Of a stretch of 64,000 bases of DNA, positions 63,648 to 64,000 are shown piece after piece; positions within the stretch are counted from its first letter, which is position 1, and each line of letters starts with the position of its first letter. Both the position numbers and the translations under genes were made by a program. The notes below the pieces were generated by a model. That model saw only the letters and a program-made list of their open reading frames with translations. It was not told where the DNA came from and did not search any database. The stretch covers positions 5,295-69,294 of the forward strand of contig JAURXV010000139.1 of NCBI GenBank assembly GCA_030654195.1, given 5' to 3'. Origin of the DNA: Syntrophales bacterium. GTDB lineage: Bacteria; Desulfobacterota; Syntrophia; Syntrophales; UBA5619.

Positions 63648-64000
63648 TTACTTATTTATATCGAAATCCCCTTCAATAAGTTCGGTCAGCACCCCGCTGA
63701 GCTTATCGGGATGGTGTATGAAGGCATACTTGGTCCCGAAGATCTCTCTTGGTTTGCTATCGATCAGTTGGACATGTTTCTCCTGGAGCTCCTGCATGGC
63801 CTGGGCAAGATCATCTACTCTATATGATATCAGGAAGACTCCCTCTCCTTTGCCGGCAATGAATTTAGCAACTTCTCCATCCGGCGCCGTTGATTCCATC
63901 AGTTCCACTGCCACCTCGCCGATGAAGTACCGCGCCACTTTTATCTTTTCCAAAGGAGCGATATACTCATAAGCCGGTTCCAGACCCAGATCTTCCTTGT
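63648..64000 (-). CDS. VOC/glyoxalase-fold protein (methylmalonyl-CoA epimerase-like), 5' end outside window
   Basis: The frame remains open to the window end (..KEDLGLEPAYEYIAPLEKIKVARYFIGEVAVELME...HHPDKLSGVLTELIE). The pattern is that of a VOC domain. Confidence 0.6.
   Translation of the reverse strand, partial: KEDLGLEPAYEYIAPLEKIKVARYFIGEVAVELMESTAPDGEVAKFIAGKGEGVFLISYRVDDLAQAMQELQEKHVQLIDSKPREIFGTKYAFIHHPDKLSGVLTELIEGDFDINK

Noticed and set aside
1-64000. Search for CRISPR arrays, tRNA/rRNA genes, IS elements, integrases or phage genes that might explain the mosaic structure.
   Set aside because: No regularly spaced short repeats, no cloverleaf-like or rRNA-like segments and no transposase- or integrase-like ORFs were seen on either strand. 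The only mobile-element hints are short stumps (PIN-like, DUF2080-like).

Overview
This 64-kb window reads as an aromatic-compound catabolic region from a strict anaerobe with Syntrophus/Geobacter-like gene content. The organism cannot be identified from sequence alone.

Content in order:
- 1-4370: ModE-like regulator, a Mo/W ABC transporter and a MoeA-like protein, in low-GC sequence.
- 4385-9790: a high-GC block holding a stranded PiT transporter tail and an AorABC-like tungsten aldehyde:ferredoxin oxidoreductase cluster.
- 10211-21338 (minus strand, low GC): a MoaD-like gene plus a complete class II (tungsten, ATP-independent) benzoyl-CoA reductase set, bamBCDEFGHI. The ORF track splits both bamE and bamF at in-frame TGA codons. 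These fall on the conserved HdrA and MvhD cysteine positions, so they are read as selenocysteine.
- 21636-23310: glutaconate-type CoA-transferase.
- 23323-24077: a small low-GC islet with an AbrB/DUF2080-like gene and a GNAT gene.
- 24632-35162: lower benzoyl-CoA pathway bamQ-bamA-bamR (had-oah-dch), a fused HADH/ECH, IorAB, an orphan 2-hydroxyacyl-CoA-dehydratase-family protein and a thiolase.
- Further on: three paralogous AMP-forming CoA ligases, two TRAP transporters and an XDH-family Mo-hydroxylase operon (4-hydroxybenzoyl-CoA-reductase-like).
- 49303-52268: gcdA plus an acyl-CoA dehydrogenase.
- 54617-59784: GlcD/GlcF-like oxidoreductase, an HgdC-type activase and a ligase.
- To the end: serA, an aminotransferase, a saccharopine-DH-like gene and a VOC-fold gene.

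I saw no rRNA, tRNA, CRISPR array, transposase or integrase.

The features the gene list does not explain:
- Base composition is strongly mosaic. Block junctions are marked by gene stumps and by long direct repeats of 44, 63 and 215 bp.
- One TRAP operon is split by a foreign block, and both halves keep a copy of the same promoter and leader.
- A 17-bp box recurs at the promoters of several aromatic-pathway operons.
- An HgdC-type activase and a single HAD/DCCP-like subunit lie 23 kb apart, with no canonical dehydratase pair.

All functional calls come from reading motifs by eye. No database search was possible.
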